In this document: positions 19,480-31,269 of the stretch, piece after piece | Layout: every line of letters begins with the position of its first letter | Position numbering within the stretch: position 1 is the first letter of the stretch | Source: Caulobacteraceae bacterium | Lineage (GTDB): Bacteria; Pseudomonadota; Alphaproteobacteria; Caulobacterales; Caulobacteraceae | Direction of reading: 5' to 3' | DNA length: 64,000 bases | NCBI GenBank assembly: GCA_036388855.1 | Contig: DASVRA010000011.1 | Location: forward strand, 38,253-102,252 | Program-made: the position numbers and the translations under genes | The notes under the pieces: model-generated | Databases searched by the model: none | Told to the model about the DNA's origin: nothing | The model's input: only the letters and a program-made list of their open reading frames with translations

Positions 19480-19665
19480 TCAGGCGGCGTTCTCGCGCTC
19501 GACGCGGACCAGGCGGGTGGCGCGGTTCCAGATCTCCACCGCGGCGTGCTCGGCGGCGCGCTCGCGGGCGATCGCGCGCGCGTCCTCGGCATCCTTGCAC
19601 GCGATCCAGTCGCCGAACTTGATGCGTCCGTCTTCGCTGAAATAGTAGATGCGCGCGTCGGCCAT
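19480..19665 (-). CDS. small hypothetical protein (61 aa)
   Basis: MADARIYYFSEDGRIKFGDWIACKDAEDARAIARERAAEHAAVEIWNRATRLVRVERENAA. Balanced composition. It is the tail of a longer shadow ORF. No clear SD. Confidence 0.35.
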   Translation of the reverse strand: MADARIYYFSEDGRIKFGDWIACKDAEDARAIARERAAEHAAVEIWNRATRLVRVERENAA

Positions 19666-19849
19666 GGCTGAGCCGGTCCGTCTCCAAACTGCGGAGCGGA
19701 AGATGGCGCGGCGCTCCGGATATGGCCACGCGGCATCTCGTCCCAGCGGCGAGCCCGCCGCACCCGCGCAAGTTTTTTCGGGACTCACGGCTCCGCTTTT
19801 GCTCCAGTTGCGTTGTCCTCCCTGGCGGCCGTGCCGCCTTGGGACTGAC

Positions 19850-21187
19850 ATGATCGGAAGCGGGCGAATGTTCGAGATGGGACGGGAGCTGAAGCGGCTG
19901 TTCGGAGCCGCCGCCCCGCGTGATGGTCTCGCCCTCGGCGACGGCGCCCTGCTCGAACTCCTCGACCTCGAACTCCTCCGCCGCGAAGCCGGCCAGTCCG
20001 ACATCGCCGCCGGCCGCGTCTCCACCAGGGACCGCCCCATGCGCCGCCTGGAATCGGCCGCCGTGTGGCGCGAGCTCGCCCGCCGCACCGGCGACGCCGC
20101 GGCGCTGCGCAAAGCCGCCTCCGCCGCCGAACTGGCGCACCGGGGCTTCGCCGAAGAAGGGCGCGCCGACGAGGCCGCCACCGCTCAGGTGGAGCGCGCC
20201 CGCGCCGCGATGCTCGGCGCCGAACTGTTTGCCGAGGAGGGCCTGAACGCCGCCGCCGGCCATGTGCTGACCGAGGCGGCGGACGCCTCAGCCCCCGCCC
20301 AAGGTGGTCTGGCGGTGATCGGCGCGCGCATGACGCTCGCCTCCGGCGGGCTAGACGAGGCGCTGGAATGCGCCTCCGGCTTCGACATCGCGCTTCGCCA
20401 ACTGCAGGGCGACGAGCACCGCGCGCTGCGCTTCGAACGCGCCGAGGCGCTGGTCGCCTTCGGGGCGCGGCTGCATGACCCGCTGCTGCACAAGATGGCG
20501 CTGGGCGACCTGGAGGTGGCCGGGCACGAACTCGACCCCGCCTACCGTCCGCTCACCTGGGCCCGGGTTCAGGAATTGCGCGCCGCCGCGCTTGCCGGCA
20601 TCGGTGAGTGCCACGGCGACGCCACCCCGCTCGCGCAGGCGGTGAACCTGCTGAACGAGGCGGCCGAGCAGCTGAGCCCCGAGCACTCCCCCCTCGACTG
20701 GGCCCGGGTGCAGAACGGCCTGGCCGCCGCCCTGATGTCCCTGGCCGAAGCCTCCGGCTGCGAGAGCGGCTATGACGAAGCCCTTGAGCGGCTCGACGCC
20801 ACCATGCAGCTCCTGGCCGGGGGAACCCACCTCGCTCTACGTGCGGCGGTCGTCCAGAATCGCGCCGGCTGCCTGCTCCGCCGCGCGGAGGCGCTCAGCG
20901 ATGTGCGCGCGATCGACCGCGCCGAGGCGGCCTTCCGCGCCGAACTGGCCGCCCTGCCCCGTCCGGTGGAGCCGGTGGCCTGGGCGGTGCTGCAGCTGAA
21001 CCTGGCGCGGGTCTATACCGCCCGCGCCGTCCTGAACGGCCGCGACCGGGGCGAGCGCCTGCGCGCCTCGGAAGCCCTGCTTGCGGCGCTGGACGTGTTC
21101 GGCGAGCACGGCTGCCGCTCGCTCAGCGTCATTGGCCTCAACGAACTGGAGCGACTGCGCGAGGCGGCGCCCCGCGTCGCCCGCTGA
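19850..21187 (+). CDS. TPR-like helical repeat protein
   Basis: Reiterated P-x-x-W-A-x-x-Q-x-x-L/A units (PLTWARVQELRAAAL, PLDWARVQNGLAAAL, PVAWAVLQLNLARVY), as in TPR_12-type repeats. ATG 19850 lies inside ORF 19649..21187. Confidence 0.6.
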   Translation: MIGSGRMFEMGRELKRLFGAAAPRDGLALGDGALLELLDLELLRREAGQSDIAAGRVSTRDRPMRRLESAAVWRELARRTGDAAALRKAASAAELAHRGFAEEGRADEAATAQVERARAAMLGAELFAEEGLNAAAGHVLTEAADASAPAQGGLAVIGARMTLASGGLDEALECASGFDIALRQLQGDEHRALRFERAEALVAFGARLHDPLLHKMALGDLEVAGHELDPAYRPLTWARVQELRAAALAGIGECHGDATPLAQAVNLLNEAAEQLSPEHSPLDWARVQNGLAAALMSLAEASGCESGYDEALERLDATMQLLAGGTHLALRAAVVQNRAGCLLRRAEALSDVRAIDRAEAAFRAELAALPRPVEPVAWAVLQLNLARVYTARAVLNGRDRGERLRASEALLAALDVFGEHGCRSLSVIGLNELERLREAAPRVAR

Positions 21188-21190
21188 CGC

Positions 21191-22222
21191 CTATTGCGGG
21201 TCCGACGCCCGCCGCTCGGCGGCCCGGGCCTGGGCGGCCCGGATCTGGCCCTGGGTCTTGCCCTTTTCGTTGACCTTCGGCGGCAGGGGCGGCGGCGGCT
21301 CGGCCATGTCGGCCACGCCCTGTTCGAAGAATTCCTTGGGCATCTGGATCGGGTCGGGCGCCTCGCCGAACGCACGATGCACCGAGTAGCGGCGCGGCGC
21401 GGTCCCCGCGACCGAATAGCTGCTCACCGGCGCACCTCGGGCGTAGCGGGGGGTCAGCGGCGGCGGCGCCAGGGCGGCGGCTTGCGGCGATGCGGCTCGC
21501 GCGGCCGGAGCCGCGGCTAGGGGAGCGGGGGCGACGGCCGCGAGCGGGTCAGACTTGAGATCACCCGCGACAGGTGCGGCCCAGGGCCGGACCACCGGCT
21601 GCGCGGGCGCGGCGGCGACGGGAAGGCTGAGGAGCGTGTTGCCCACGGCCGGGGCCGGAAGCGGCGCCTGCCGGGCGGGCGCGGGCGGCGGCGCGGCATA
21701 GATGCTCGAAGGCAGAGCCGCCGGTCGCGTCGCCGGCATGGGTGCGCTGGCAAACCGCTGCGTCGCCTCCCGATCTGAAGGCTGGAGGTAGTCTGCGTCG
21801 GGCGGCGGGGCGGCAGAAACGGCTGGCGCTGGGGCCGGCCTGAATTGCGGCAGGGGCCGCGGCGCGCGCATCGGGGCGGGCGGCTGATAGACGGCGAGCC
21901 GCTCGGGCTCTGATGTGGCCATAGGCGCGGTTGGTGCGAGCGAGTGCACGGGCGTCCGCTCGGCTGGGCCGGCGACCTTGCCGGGCCAACTCAGCGTCCG
22001 CTGAACCCGGGGAGAAGCGCTGGTCGCGACGGCTTCCGGCCACACGGTGGCGCGGCTCACCTCCGGCGCCGGAGCGGGCGGAGGCGTGGCGGCTGGGGCC
22101 GAGACGAAGATGATGCCGCGTCCGGCGGGTCGGCCGGGCGAATAGCGGTCCTGGACCTGGGCTTGGGCGGCCGCCGACAAAGTGGCCGCGGCGGCGGCGA
22201 GAGCGAAGACGGCGGTGCGCAT
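21191..22222 (-). CDS. secreted Pro/Ala-rich hypothetical protein
   Basis: Clear signal peptide MRTAVFALAAAAATLSAAAQA, long Pro/Ala-rich body, and a conserved-looking C-terminal ~70 aa. Confidence 0.65.
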   Translation of the reverse strand: MRTAVFALAAAAATLSAAAQAQVQDRYSPGRPAGRGIIFVSAPAATPPPAPAPEVSRATVWPEAVATSASPRVQRTLSWPGKVAGPAERTPVHSLAPTAPMATSEPERLAVYQPPAPMRAPRPLPQFRPAPAPAVSAAPPPDADYLQPSDREATQRFASAPMPATRPAALPSSIYAAPPPAPARQAPLPAPAVGNTLLSLPVAAAPAQPVVRPWAAPVAGDLKSDPLAAVAPAPLAAAPAARAASPQAAALAPPPLTPRYARGAPVSSYSVAGTAPRRYSVHRAFGEAPDPIQMPKEFFEQGVADMAEPPPPLPPKVNEKGKTQGQIRAAQARAAERRASDPQ

Positions 22223-22824
22223 GCGAAGGAGCCTCCCGGTCCCGCCGCTGCAATAGCCGTGCCGCGCTTAACCCGCGCCTAATGAAGAGGAAAATTGGGG
22301 AGATCGGGAGCGCCAAACAGGCTTGAGGGGGCGGCGCTTCCGGCGTGAGCCATGGCGTCGTCCCCTCACCACGTCCGGATCGGACCTGGGCCTGAAGGCC
22401 GTCGGCGCACGGGCGGCTCTCGCCTCCCGAACGCTTCGGGTTGACCGTCAGGTTCGGCGGGGGTGACCCGGATCCTGACGGCCGTTCGCAGCCACGAAGC
22501 TCTGGGCTCTCGCCCTTTGCTTCGGCCTCCGAACCTCCAGCTTCGGCTTTCGCCTCCACTCTCGGCTCGATGGTTCCGGCTTCCGGAGTTTCCGGTCTTC
22601 CGCTTGCGCTTCCGACCGGCCTTTCCGTCCGCCGGGGCCTTGAATTCCCTCGGCAAGTGGAGGGTGGCTCAGGCCCGCACCGGGCGCAACAGCGCCCTTC
22701 GCCGGTGGTGTGCACAACATCGTTCGTCGCGGTGGACAAGGCTGTTGATGGAATCCGCCAGCCCTTGCGGGGCAAGGCGTCGGCGCTGTCCACATCATTT
22801 GCGAAGGCGGCGGGAACCGGCCCG

Positions 22825-24621
<1,797 letters not shown>

Positions 24622-24638
24622 GGCTCAGGCGAAAGGGC

Positions 24639-25301
24639 TCAGAGCGCGCGCACCGGCCGCTCGCGGCCATAGCGGATGCGGCCGAGCGCGGAGGCGAAAT
24701 CCGAGCCCCAGGTCTTGCCCTTGAACCGCGCCTTAAACTTCTCGTAGCGCATCACCGTCTCGATGCCGCGGTCGAGGTGCTTGGCCGCCGCGCTGGGGCT
24801 GCCCGACAGGCGCACCGCGAGCGTCGAGGTCAGCAGGCCCGACAGGATGGCGCGCTTGGAGTAGTGGTTCTCGTCGGTCGCCGTGTCGCCGGCCCAGCGC
24901 CAGATTGCGTCGGCGGCGGCCCAGTAGAGCCGCACGCCGAGTGGCAGGTTCTGGGGCAGGGACAGGAAGCCGACCCAACGGCGGGCGGCGGGTTCCTCCC
25001 GCATCACCTCTTCGATCCACAGCTGCACGCCCGTGCGGATGCGCTCGCGGATCTTCAACCCCGCGGCATCGACATCCGCCAGCCGCGCCATCAGCCGCGT
25101 CCGCACCCGCCGCGCGAACAAGGCCGCGAGATCCTGGCCGCCGTTCGGCAGCAGCAGCTCGGCTTCCGGCAGCGCCATCCCCGCCGCCCCGGCCGCCTTC
25201 CTCACCAGGGTGAAGGTCCAGCCCACGGCGGGCGCCAGCCGCAGCGCCTCGTCGAGCACCCGCTCCTCGGCGCCGCGCGCCCAATCCTCGGCCGAGCTCA
25301 T
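24639..25301 (-). CDS. COQ9-family protein (rpsU-divergently-transcribed-type)
   Basis: Overall pattern ...LDEALRLAP..GW...L..AA...G......LLPNG..DL..., with C-terminal HYSKRAILSGLLTSTL, typical of bacterial COQ9 homologues. Confidence 0.75.
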   Translation of the reverse strand: MSSAEDWARGAEERVLDEALRLAPAVGWTFTLVRKAAGAAGMALPEAELLLPNGGQDLAALFARRVRTRLMARLADVDAAGLKIRERIRTGVQLWIEEVMREEPAARRWVGFLSLPQNLPLGVRLYWAAADAIWRWAGDTATDENHYSKRAILSGLLTSTLAVRLSGSPSAAAKHLDRGIETVMRYEKFKARFKGKTWGSDFASALGRIRYGRERPVRAL

Positions 25302-25463
25302 GGCGTCAATCTAGGCTCCCGCGCCCGTGTGCGCCAGCTTTTCGGCAGGTTCCGCAAAGCTTGTTCATTGCCGGGTCACTGTTGCACGGCCAACAACAGC
25401 ATTCGCCGCCGGTCCCTCTATATTGAACGGCGATCAAAGGCTTTCGAGTCAGGACACCAGACC

Positions 25464-26966
25464 ATGCTCAACGTTCGCCTTGCCGCTCTGGGCCTGGCCG
25501 GACTCGCCGTCGGGCTTTCGCTCCCCGCATGGGCGCAGGAGCCGACGCCCCCGCTAGCCGGCGGACCGCCTGCCGAGGCCGCAATTCCGCAGCCGCGACG
25601 CGCGCCCGCGCCCGACGTGGCGCTGAGCCCCGGGCAGGTCGACCTGCTGCGCGCGACGCTGGAGCGCGCCCCGGCGCACGGTTTCGAGCCCGGCGAGTTC
25701 GGCGAGCGCCGCATCGACGAGCTGCTCGACTCCCCCGACCCTGCGGAACGGCGCGAGGGCGAGACGCGACTGATCGCCGCGACCCTGCGCTACGCCAAGG
25801 CGGTGAAGGTCGGCCGGCTGCCGGAAGATGGCTTCCTGGAAGAATGGGGCCTGCGCCCCGCCGCCTTCGATCCGGCGCCGGGCTTCGTCCGCGCCGCGGC
25901 CGACGACAGGCTGCAGGCGTGGCTGGCGACCCTGCCGCCGCCGTACTCCGGCTACGATTCCCTGCAGGGCGGCCTCGCCCGCTACCGCGCCCTCGCTGCC
26001 AAGGGCGGCTGGAAGCGCATCCCCGAGGGCGAGCCGCTGCAGCTGGGATCCTCGGGCGCGCGCGTCGCGGCCCTGCGCGCACGTCTTGCGGTGGAGGACC
26101 CCTCCGTCGCGGCCGGCGGCGCCACCTTCGACGCGCCGTTGCACGAGGCGGTGATCCGCGCCCAGAAGCGCTACGGCCTGCTGCCCGACGGCGTCGTGGC
26201 CGCCAACACGCTTACCGCCCTTAACCTCTCGGTCGAGCGCCGGGTCGAGCAGATCGTCGCCAACATGGAGCGCTGGCGCTGGATGCCTGCCGAACTCCCA
26301 GCCGACCGGGTCCAGGTGAACGTCGCCGCTGCCATCCTCACCATTTTCCGTGAGGACAAGCCGGTGATGTCGATGCGCGCGGTCACCGGCCGCCCGGGCG
26401 ACGAGACGCCCCTGCTGCAATCGCGCATCCATTCCATCGTGCTCAATCCGCCGTGGAACGTGCCGACCTCGATCGCCACCAAGGAGCTGTGGCCCAAGCA
26501 GAAGGCCAACCCCGGCTACTTCGCCGCCAATGACTTTATCGTGATCAAGAACGACGACGGCTCCACCCGCCTGCAGCAGAAGGCCGGCGACAAGGCCGCG
26601 CTCGGGCGGGTCAAGTTCGACTTCGCCAACCCCTACGGCGTCTACCTGCACGACACCCCGGCGCGCTCCAAGTTCGCCAGCTACAGCCGCTTGGCCAGCC
26701 ACGGTTGCGTGCGCCTGGAGAAGCCGGTCCCGCTGGCGAAACTGCTGCTCGGCGGCTCCGAAACCTGGACGCCCGAGGCCATCGAGGCGGCGCTGGAGGA
26801 GGGCAAGACCGTGCGCGCCCAGCTGCCGCGCGACGTCACCGTGCTGCTGTTCTACTGGACCGCCTACGTCACCCCCGATGGCCAGGTTAACTTCCGCGGC
26901 GACCCCTACGGCTGGGACAAGGAGCTGATGCAGCGTATCGCCGCAGGGCGGGGGGTGCAGGCTTGA
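25464..26966 (+). CDS. L,D-transpeptidase, YcbB/LdtD-like (PG-binding + YkuD domains)
   Basis: Signal peptide MLNVRLAALGLAGLAVGLSLPAWA. YkuD catalytic motif YLHDTP...SHGCVRLE. ATG 25464 lies inside ORF 24777..26966. Confidence 0.9.
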   Translation: MLNVRLAALGLAGLAVGLSLPAWAQEPTPPLAGGPPAEAAIPQPRRAPAPDVALSPGQVDLLRATLERAPAHGFEPGEFGERRIDELLDSPDPAERREGETRLIAATLRYAKAVKVGRLPEDGFLEEWGLRPAAFDPAPGFVRAAADDRLQAWLATLPPPYSGYDSLQGGLARYRALAAKGGWKRIPEGEPLQLGSSGARVAALRARLAVEDPSVAAGGATFDAPLHEAVIRAQKRYGLLPDGVVAANTLTALNLSVERRVEQIVANMERWRWMPAELPADRVQVNVAAAILTIFREDKPVMSMRAVTGRPGDETPLLQSRIHSIVLNPPWNVPTSIATKELWPKQKANPGYFAANDFIVIKNDDGSTRLQQKAGDKAALGRVKFDFANPYGVYLHDTPARSKFASYSRLASHGCVRLEKPVPLAKLLLGGSETWTPEAIEAALEEGKTVRAQLPRDVTVLLFYWTAYVTPDGQVNFRGDPYGWDKELMQRIAAGRGVQA

Positions 26967-27028
26967 CCTTCCGCTAACCACGAACAGTTAATCTCCGTGA
27001 AGAGTCGGGGACGCCCGCTTGCGGGCGC

Positions 27029-27637
27029 GTGTGTGGCGTGGACAGACGGAACCTCCTCAGGTGCGGCCTCGGCGCGGCCGCGGCCGCCAGCTTCGGCATC
27101 GGCGGCGGGGCCCAGGCGGAGCCGGTGCCCTACCTCGCCTATCTGGGCCTGGATCCGGTGGTCCCCGATGCCCAGGGTTACGGCGTGCGCCGCGTGTCGC
27201 TGATCAACACCCACACCGACGAGCGCATCGACGCGGTCTACTGGGAGAACGGCCGCTACCTGCCCGACGCCATGGCCGAGGTGAACCACGTGATGCGCGA
27301 CCACAGGAACGGCGAAGTCCACCAGATCCACGGCCGCCTGCTCGACTATCTCGACCGCATCGCCGGACGTCTGGAGATCGACCGGCCATTCCATCTGATC
27401 TCCGGCTACCGCTCGCCCCACACCAACGCCATGCTGCGCGAGCGCGGCGGCGGCGGGGTGGCCAAGCGCAGCCTGCACATGGAAGGGATGGCCTCGGACA
27501 TCCGCGCCGAGCGCGTCGACCTCGATCGCCTGCACGCGGCCGCGGCAAGCCTGGGCCGGGGCGGTGTCGGCTACTATCCGGTTTCCAACTTCGTCCATGT
27601 GGACGTGGGCGCCGTGCGCCGCTGGCGGGGCGTCTGA
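27029..27637 (+). CDS. DUF882/YcbK (MepK-like) M15-family peptidoglycan endopeptidase
   Basis: Tat-type signal RRNLLRCGLGAAAAASF. Motifs ISGYRSPHTN and SLHMEGMASD...FVHVD. GTG start (27029, or 27038). Next to a YcbB-like gene, as in E. coli ldtD-mepK. Confidence 0.85.
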   Translation: MCGVDRRNLLRCGLGAAAAASFGIGGGAQAEPVPYLAYLGLDPVVPDAQGYGVRRVSLINTHTDERIDAVYWENGRYLPDAMAEVNHVMRDHRNGEVHQIHGRLLDYLDRIAGRLEIDRPFHLISGYRSPHTNAMLRERGGGGVAKRSLHMEGMASDIRAERVDLDRLHAAAASLGRGGVGYYPVSNFVHVDVGAVRRWRGV

Positions 27638-27807
27638 CCGCGCCCGGCGAGCCCCGGGAGCCGCGCTATCCCCTGCGCTGGCTGATCCTGGCCCTGGCGC
27701 TGGCCGTCGCGGGCCTGGTCGCCTTCATGCTCTACCTGCGCCCGCCCGCGCCGGCCCGTGCAGTCGCCCCGATCGAGCCGGCGTCGAGCCGGCGCTAGCT
27801 GCCCCGA

Positions 27808-28857
27808 TCACGGCTCGTCGGCGTAGATCGCCACGACCGGCTTTTGCCCCGCCGCCACCTTCGCGCGGTACATGCCCGAAGTGTTGAAGCTCCAGGCCAT
27901 GGTCCCGTCGGGGGCGAGCGCGACGACTCCGCCGTCCTTGCCCATCAGCGCGGGCATGCGCTTCTGGATCACCTCGTCGGCGGCGGCCTGCAGGCTCATG
28001 CCCTTGTACTGGACCAGCGCGCAGATCTCGCGCGCGACCATCAGGCGGATGAAGTATTCGCCCTTGCCGGTGCCGGAGACGGCGCAGCTGTCGTTCGAGG
28101 CGTAGTTGCCGGCGCCGATCACCGGGGTGTCGCCGACCCGGCCCCAGCGCTTGGCCGTGGTGCCGCCGGTGGAGGTGCCCGCGGCGATGTCGCCGGCGGA
28201 GTCCAGCGCCACCACGCCGACGGTGCCGTAGCGGTGGTCATCGGGCTGACGTTCGTTGGCGGCGCTGGGCCGCGGCAGGGCGGCGGGGCGAGGCGGGAGG
28301 GGATCGCCGCGCTTCCTCAGCTCGTCCTCCAGCGCCTGCCAGCGCCGCTCGGTGAGGAAGAAGCCGTTATCGACCTGCTCCAGCCCCTGCGCCTTGGAGA
28401 AGGCCTCCGCGCCCTCGCCGATCAGCATGACGTGGCCGGACTTCTCCATCACCCGGCGGGCCAGGGAGATCGGGTGGCGCGTCGTCGTGACGCCCGCGAC
28501 CGCGCCGGCGTTCAGGCTCTTGCCGTCCATGATCGAGGCGTCGAGCTCGGCCTTGCCCTGGGCGGTCAGCACCGCGCCCTTGCCGGCGTTGAACAGCGGG
28601 TCGTCCTCCATCTGGCGGATCACCGCCTCGATGGCGTCCAGGGAAGAGCCGCCTTTCTGGAGGACGGCTGAGCCGGTAGTGACCGCGCGAGTCAGGGCGG
28701 CGCGGTAGGCGGCCTCGACTTCGGGCTTCATCTCGGCGCGTTCGATCACGCCGGCGCCGCCGTGGATCACGATAGCCCAGCGGGGGCGTTCGGCGTGGGC
28801 GGCGGAGGCGAGCGCGGCTCCGGTCAGCACCGCCATCAAAGCGAGCTTCACGCCCAT
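27808..28857 (-). CDS. isoaspartyl peptidase / L-asparaginase (Ntn hydrolase)
   Basis: HGGAG near the N-terminus and autoprocessing site GTVGVVALD. Signal peptide present. Confidence 0.9.
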   Translation of the reverse strand: MGVKLALMAVLTGAALASAAHAERPRWAIVIHGGAGVIERAEMKPEVEAAYRAALTRAVTTGSAVLQKGGSSLDAIEAVIRQMEDDPLFNAGKGAVLTAQGKAELDASIMDGKSLNAGAVAGVTTTRHPISLARRVMEKSGHVMLIGEGAEAFSKAQGLEQVDNGFFLTERRWQALEDELRKRGDPLPPRPAALPRPSAANERQPDDHRYGTVGVVALDSAGDIAAGTSTGGTTAKRWGRVGDTPVIGAGNYASNDSCAVSGTGKGEYFIRLMVAREICALVQYKGMSLQAAADEVIQKRMPALMGKDGGVVALAPDGTMAWSFNTSGMYRAKVAAGQKPVVAIYADEP

Positions 28858-29891
28858 TCCAGCACCACCTTTCCCGACTGCCCTGACTTCATCGCCTCGA
28901 AGCCCTCGCGGTAGCGGTCGTAGGAGAGGCGGTGGGTGATCAGGGGTTCGAGGTCGAGGCCGGCGCGGATCAGGCCCAGCGCCTTGCGCCAGGTCTCGAA
29001 CATCTCGCGGCCGTAGACGCCCTTGATGGTCAGCGCCTTGAGGATGATCTTGCCCCAGTCGGTCTCCATCGGCTTGGCCGGAATGCCGAGCAGGGAGAGC
29101 TTGCCGCCCATCAGCAGGGCGTCGATGGCCTGGTTGAACGCCGAGGGCGCACCGGACATCTCCAGGCAGACATCGAAGCCGACCTCGATGCCGAGTTCGT
29201 CCATCACCTGGCGCAGGTCCTCGTTTGCGACGTTGACGGCGCGCACGTCCGACAGCTTGGCGGCCAGGCCGAGCCGGTAGTCGTTCACGTCAGTCAGCAC
29301 CACGGCGCGGGCCCCGGCGTGGCGGGCGACGGCGGCGGCCATGATGCCGATTGGGCCGGCGCCGGTGATCAGCACGTCTTCGCCGAGCAGGTCGAACTGC
29401 TGGGCAGTGTGCACGGCGTTGCCGAAGGGATCGAGAAATGAGGCGACATCGTCGCTCACCTCGTCCGGCAGCGGGATCACGTTGAAGGCGGGCAGCGCCA
29501 GGTATTCGGCGAAGCAGCCTTGGCGGTTCACGCCGATGCCGCGGGTGTTCGGATCAAGGTGGAAGTGGCCGGCGCGGGCGGCGTGGCTGTTCAGGTCGAT
29601 GATGTGGCCCTCGCCCGAAACCCGCTGACCGAGCTTCAGCGGCCGGTCGACCTCCTTGCCGACCTCGACGATCTCTCCGGCGAACTCGTGGCCGGTGATC
29701 AGGGGGACGGGCACGGTCTTCTGGGACCACTCGTCCCAGTTCCAGATGTGGATGTCGGTGCCGCAGACGGCGGTCCGCTTGATGCGGATCAGCACGTCCT
29801 CGGGGCCAGGCTCTGGGATCGGCGCCTCGATGAGCTCCAGCCCCTCGGCGGGCGCGGTCTTGGCTAGCGCCTTCATGGTGGAGTTGCTCAC
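28848..29891 (-). CDS. tdh: L-threonine 3-dehydrogenase
   Basis: Zn-ADH motifs VCGTDIHIW and [12 protein letters not shown]. Overlaps the kbl stop by 4 nt (the classic kbl-tdh operon). Confidence 0.95.
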   Translation of the reverse strand: MSNSTMKALAKTAPAEGLELIEAPIPEPGPEDVLIRIKRTAVCGTDIHIWNWDEWSQKTVPVPLITGHEFAGEIVEVGKEVDRPLKLGQRVSGEGHIIDLNSHAARAGHFHLDPNTRGIGVNRQGCFAEYLALPAFNVIPLPDEVSDDVASFLDPFGNAVHTAQQFDLLGEDVLITGAGPIGIMAAAVARHAGARAVVLTDVNDYRLGLAAKLSDVRAVNVANEDLRQVMDELGIEVGFDVCLEMSGAPSAFNQAIDALLMGGKLSLLGIPAKPMETDWGKIILKALTIKGVYGREMFETWRKALGLIRAGLDLEPLITHRLSYDRYREGFEAMKSGQSGKVVLEWA

Positions 29892-31105
29892 GCCGCGCCT
29901 CCGATGCGGTTGTGGACGCGGCGGAAGGCGTCGATGGCCTGGTCGACGTGCTCGGGCGTGTGCGCCGCCGAGAGCTGGGTGCGGATGCGGGCCTGGCCGC
30001 GCGGGACCACGGGGAAGGAGAAGCCGATCACGTAGATACCTTCGTCGAGGAGGGCGGCGGCCATCTGCTGGGCCACGCGAGCGTCGCCGAGCATCACCGG
30101 CACGATCGGGTGCTGGCCCTGGAGCAGGTTGAAGCCGGCCCCCTCCATGCCGGTGCGGAAGCGTTCGGCGTTGGCGAAGATCTGGTTGCGGCGCTGGTCG
30201 CCCTCGTCGGAGCGGGCAATGCGGATGGCTTCCAGCGTGGCGCCGCAGACTGAAGGGGCCAGCGCGTTGGAGAACAGGTAGGGGCGGGCCCGCTGGCGCA
30301 GCAGCTCGACCACTTCCTTGGAGGCGCAGATGTAGCCGCCCATGGCGCCGCCGAGCGCCTTACCGAAGGTGCCGGTGAGGATGTCGACCTTGTCCTGGAC
30401 GCCGCGGAAGGCCGGGGAGCCCATTCCCTGGGGGCCGAGGAAGCCGGTGGCGTGGGCGTCGTCGACCAGCACCAGCGCCTCATAGCGCTCGGCCAGATTG
30501 GTGATCGCCGGCAGGTTGGAGATGTAGCCGTCCATGGAGAAGACGCCGTCGGTGGCGATCATGATCGTGCGGGCGCCGCCCTCGCGCGCGGCCTTCAGCT
30601 GCGCCTCCAGGTCGTCCATGTCGTTGTTGGCGAAGCGGAAGCGTTTAGCCTTGCTGAGGCGCACGCCGTCGATGATCGAGGCGTGGTTCAGGGAGTCGGA
30701 GACGATGGCGTCCTCTTCGCCCAGCAGGGGTTCGAACACCCCACCGTTGGCGTCGAAGGCGGCCGCGAACAGGATGGCGTCCTTGTAGCCGAGGTAGTCG
30801 GCGATCTCCGCCTCCAGCCGTTTATGGATTTCCTGGGTGCCGCAGATGAAGCGCACCGAGGCCAGGCCCGCGCCCCATTCGGCAGCGGCCTGGGCGGCGG
30901 CGGCGGCCACGCGCTCGTCGCCGGCCAGGCCGAGGTAGTTGTTGGCGCAGAAGTTCAGGGCGCGGGTGACGCGGCCGTCGGCGCGGCGCACCTCGATCTC
31001 CACGCCCTGGCGAGTGGTGATCACGCGCTCGGGCTTGGTCAGGCCCTGGCTCTCGATGTCGTCCAGCGTGGCGCACACGCGGGCATAGAAGTCGTCTCGC
31101 TGCAT
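29888..31105 (-). CDS. kbl: glycine C-acetyltransferase (2-amino-3-ketobutyrate CoA ligase)
   Basis: PLP-dependent alpha-oxoamine synthase pattern ([24 protein letters not shown]). ATG 31105 lies inside ORF 29888..31234. Confidence 0.95.
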   Translation of the reverse strand: MQRDDFYARVCATLDDIESQGLTKPERVITTRQGVEIEVRRADGRVTRALNFCANNYLGLAGDERVAAAAAQAAAEWGAGLASVRFICGTQEIHKRLEAEIADYLGYKDAILFAAAFDANGGVFEPLLGEEDAIVSDSLNHASIIDGVRLSKAKRFRFANNDMDDLEAQLKAAREGGARTIMIATDGVFSMDGYISNLPAITNLAERYEALVLVDDAHATGFLGPQGMGSPAFRGVQDKVDILTGTFGKALGGAMGGYICASKEVVELLRQRARPYLFSNALAPSVCGATLEAIRIARSDEGDQRRNQIFANAERFRTGMEGAGFNLLQGQHPIVPVMLGDARVAQQMAAALLDEGIYVIGFSFPVVPRGQARIRTQLSAAHTPEHVDQAIDAFRRVHNRIGGAA

Positions 31106-31269
31106 GGCGTGCCTGTAGCGCGGGCGCGCCCTGCGACAAAGCCTTGCTGCGCCGGAAAGTCGCAGGCCCTCGGAGGCCCGACCGCTCGATAGTTGTTGCG
31201 GAAAGCGCCGCCGTGGGCGTTCTGTGCCTGCCAAGACTTGCGGGCGGGGAAGGTTTGCTTCGAGGCTGG

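Noticed and set aside
22223-22824. Tested the long spacer by eye for tmRNA (T-arm GGTTCGA.., alpha-type tag ORF), RNase P RNA (GAGGAAAGTCCGGGC, ACAGAACCCGGCTTA), SRP RNA (GGTCCGGAAGGAAGCAGC) and a cobalamin riboswitch (B12 box).
   Set aside because: None of the invariant motifs is present on either strand. Only a loose resemblance (ATCCGGGTCACCCCCGCC) to the cobalamin core was seen, and the downstream gene is not a B12-related function. The region is kept as an unexplained finding, not as a named RNA.
27640-27798. Possible small membrane protein after the DUF882 gene (..RYPLRWLILALALAVAGLVAFMLYLRPP..).
   Set aside because: One good TM helix, but no ATG or GTG start upstream of it in frame and no SD. 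It cannot be supported as a gene.
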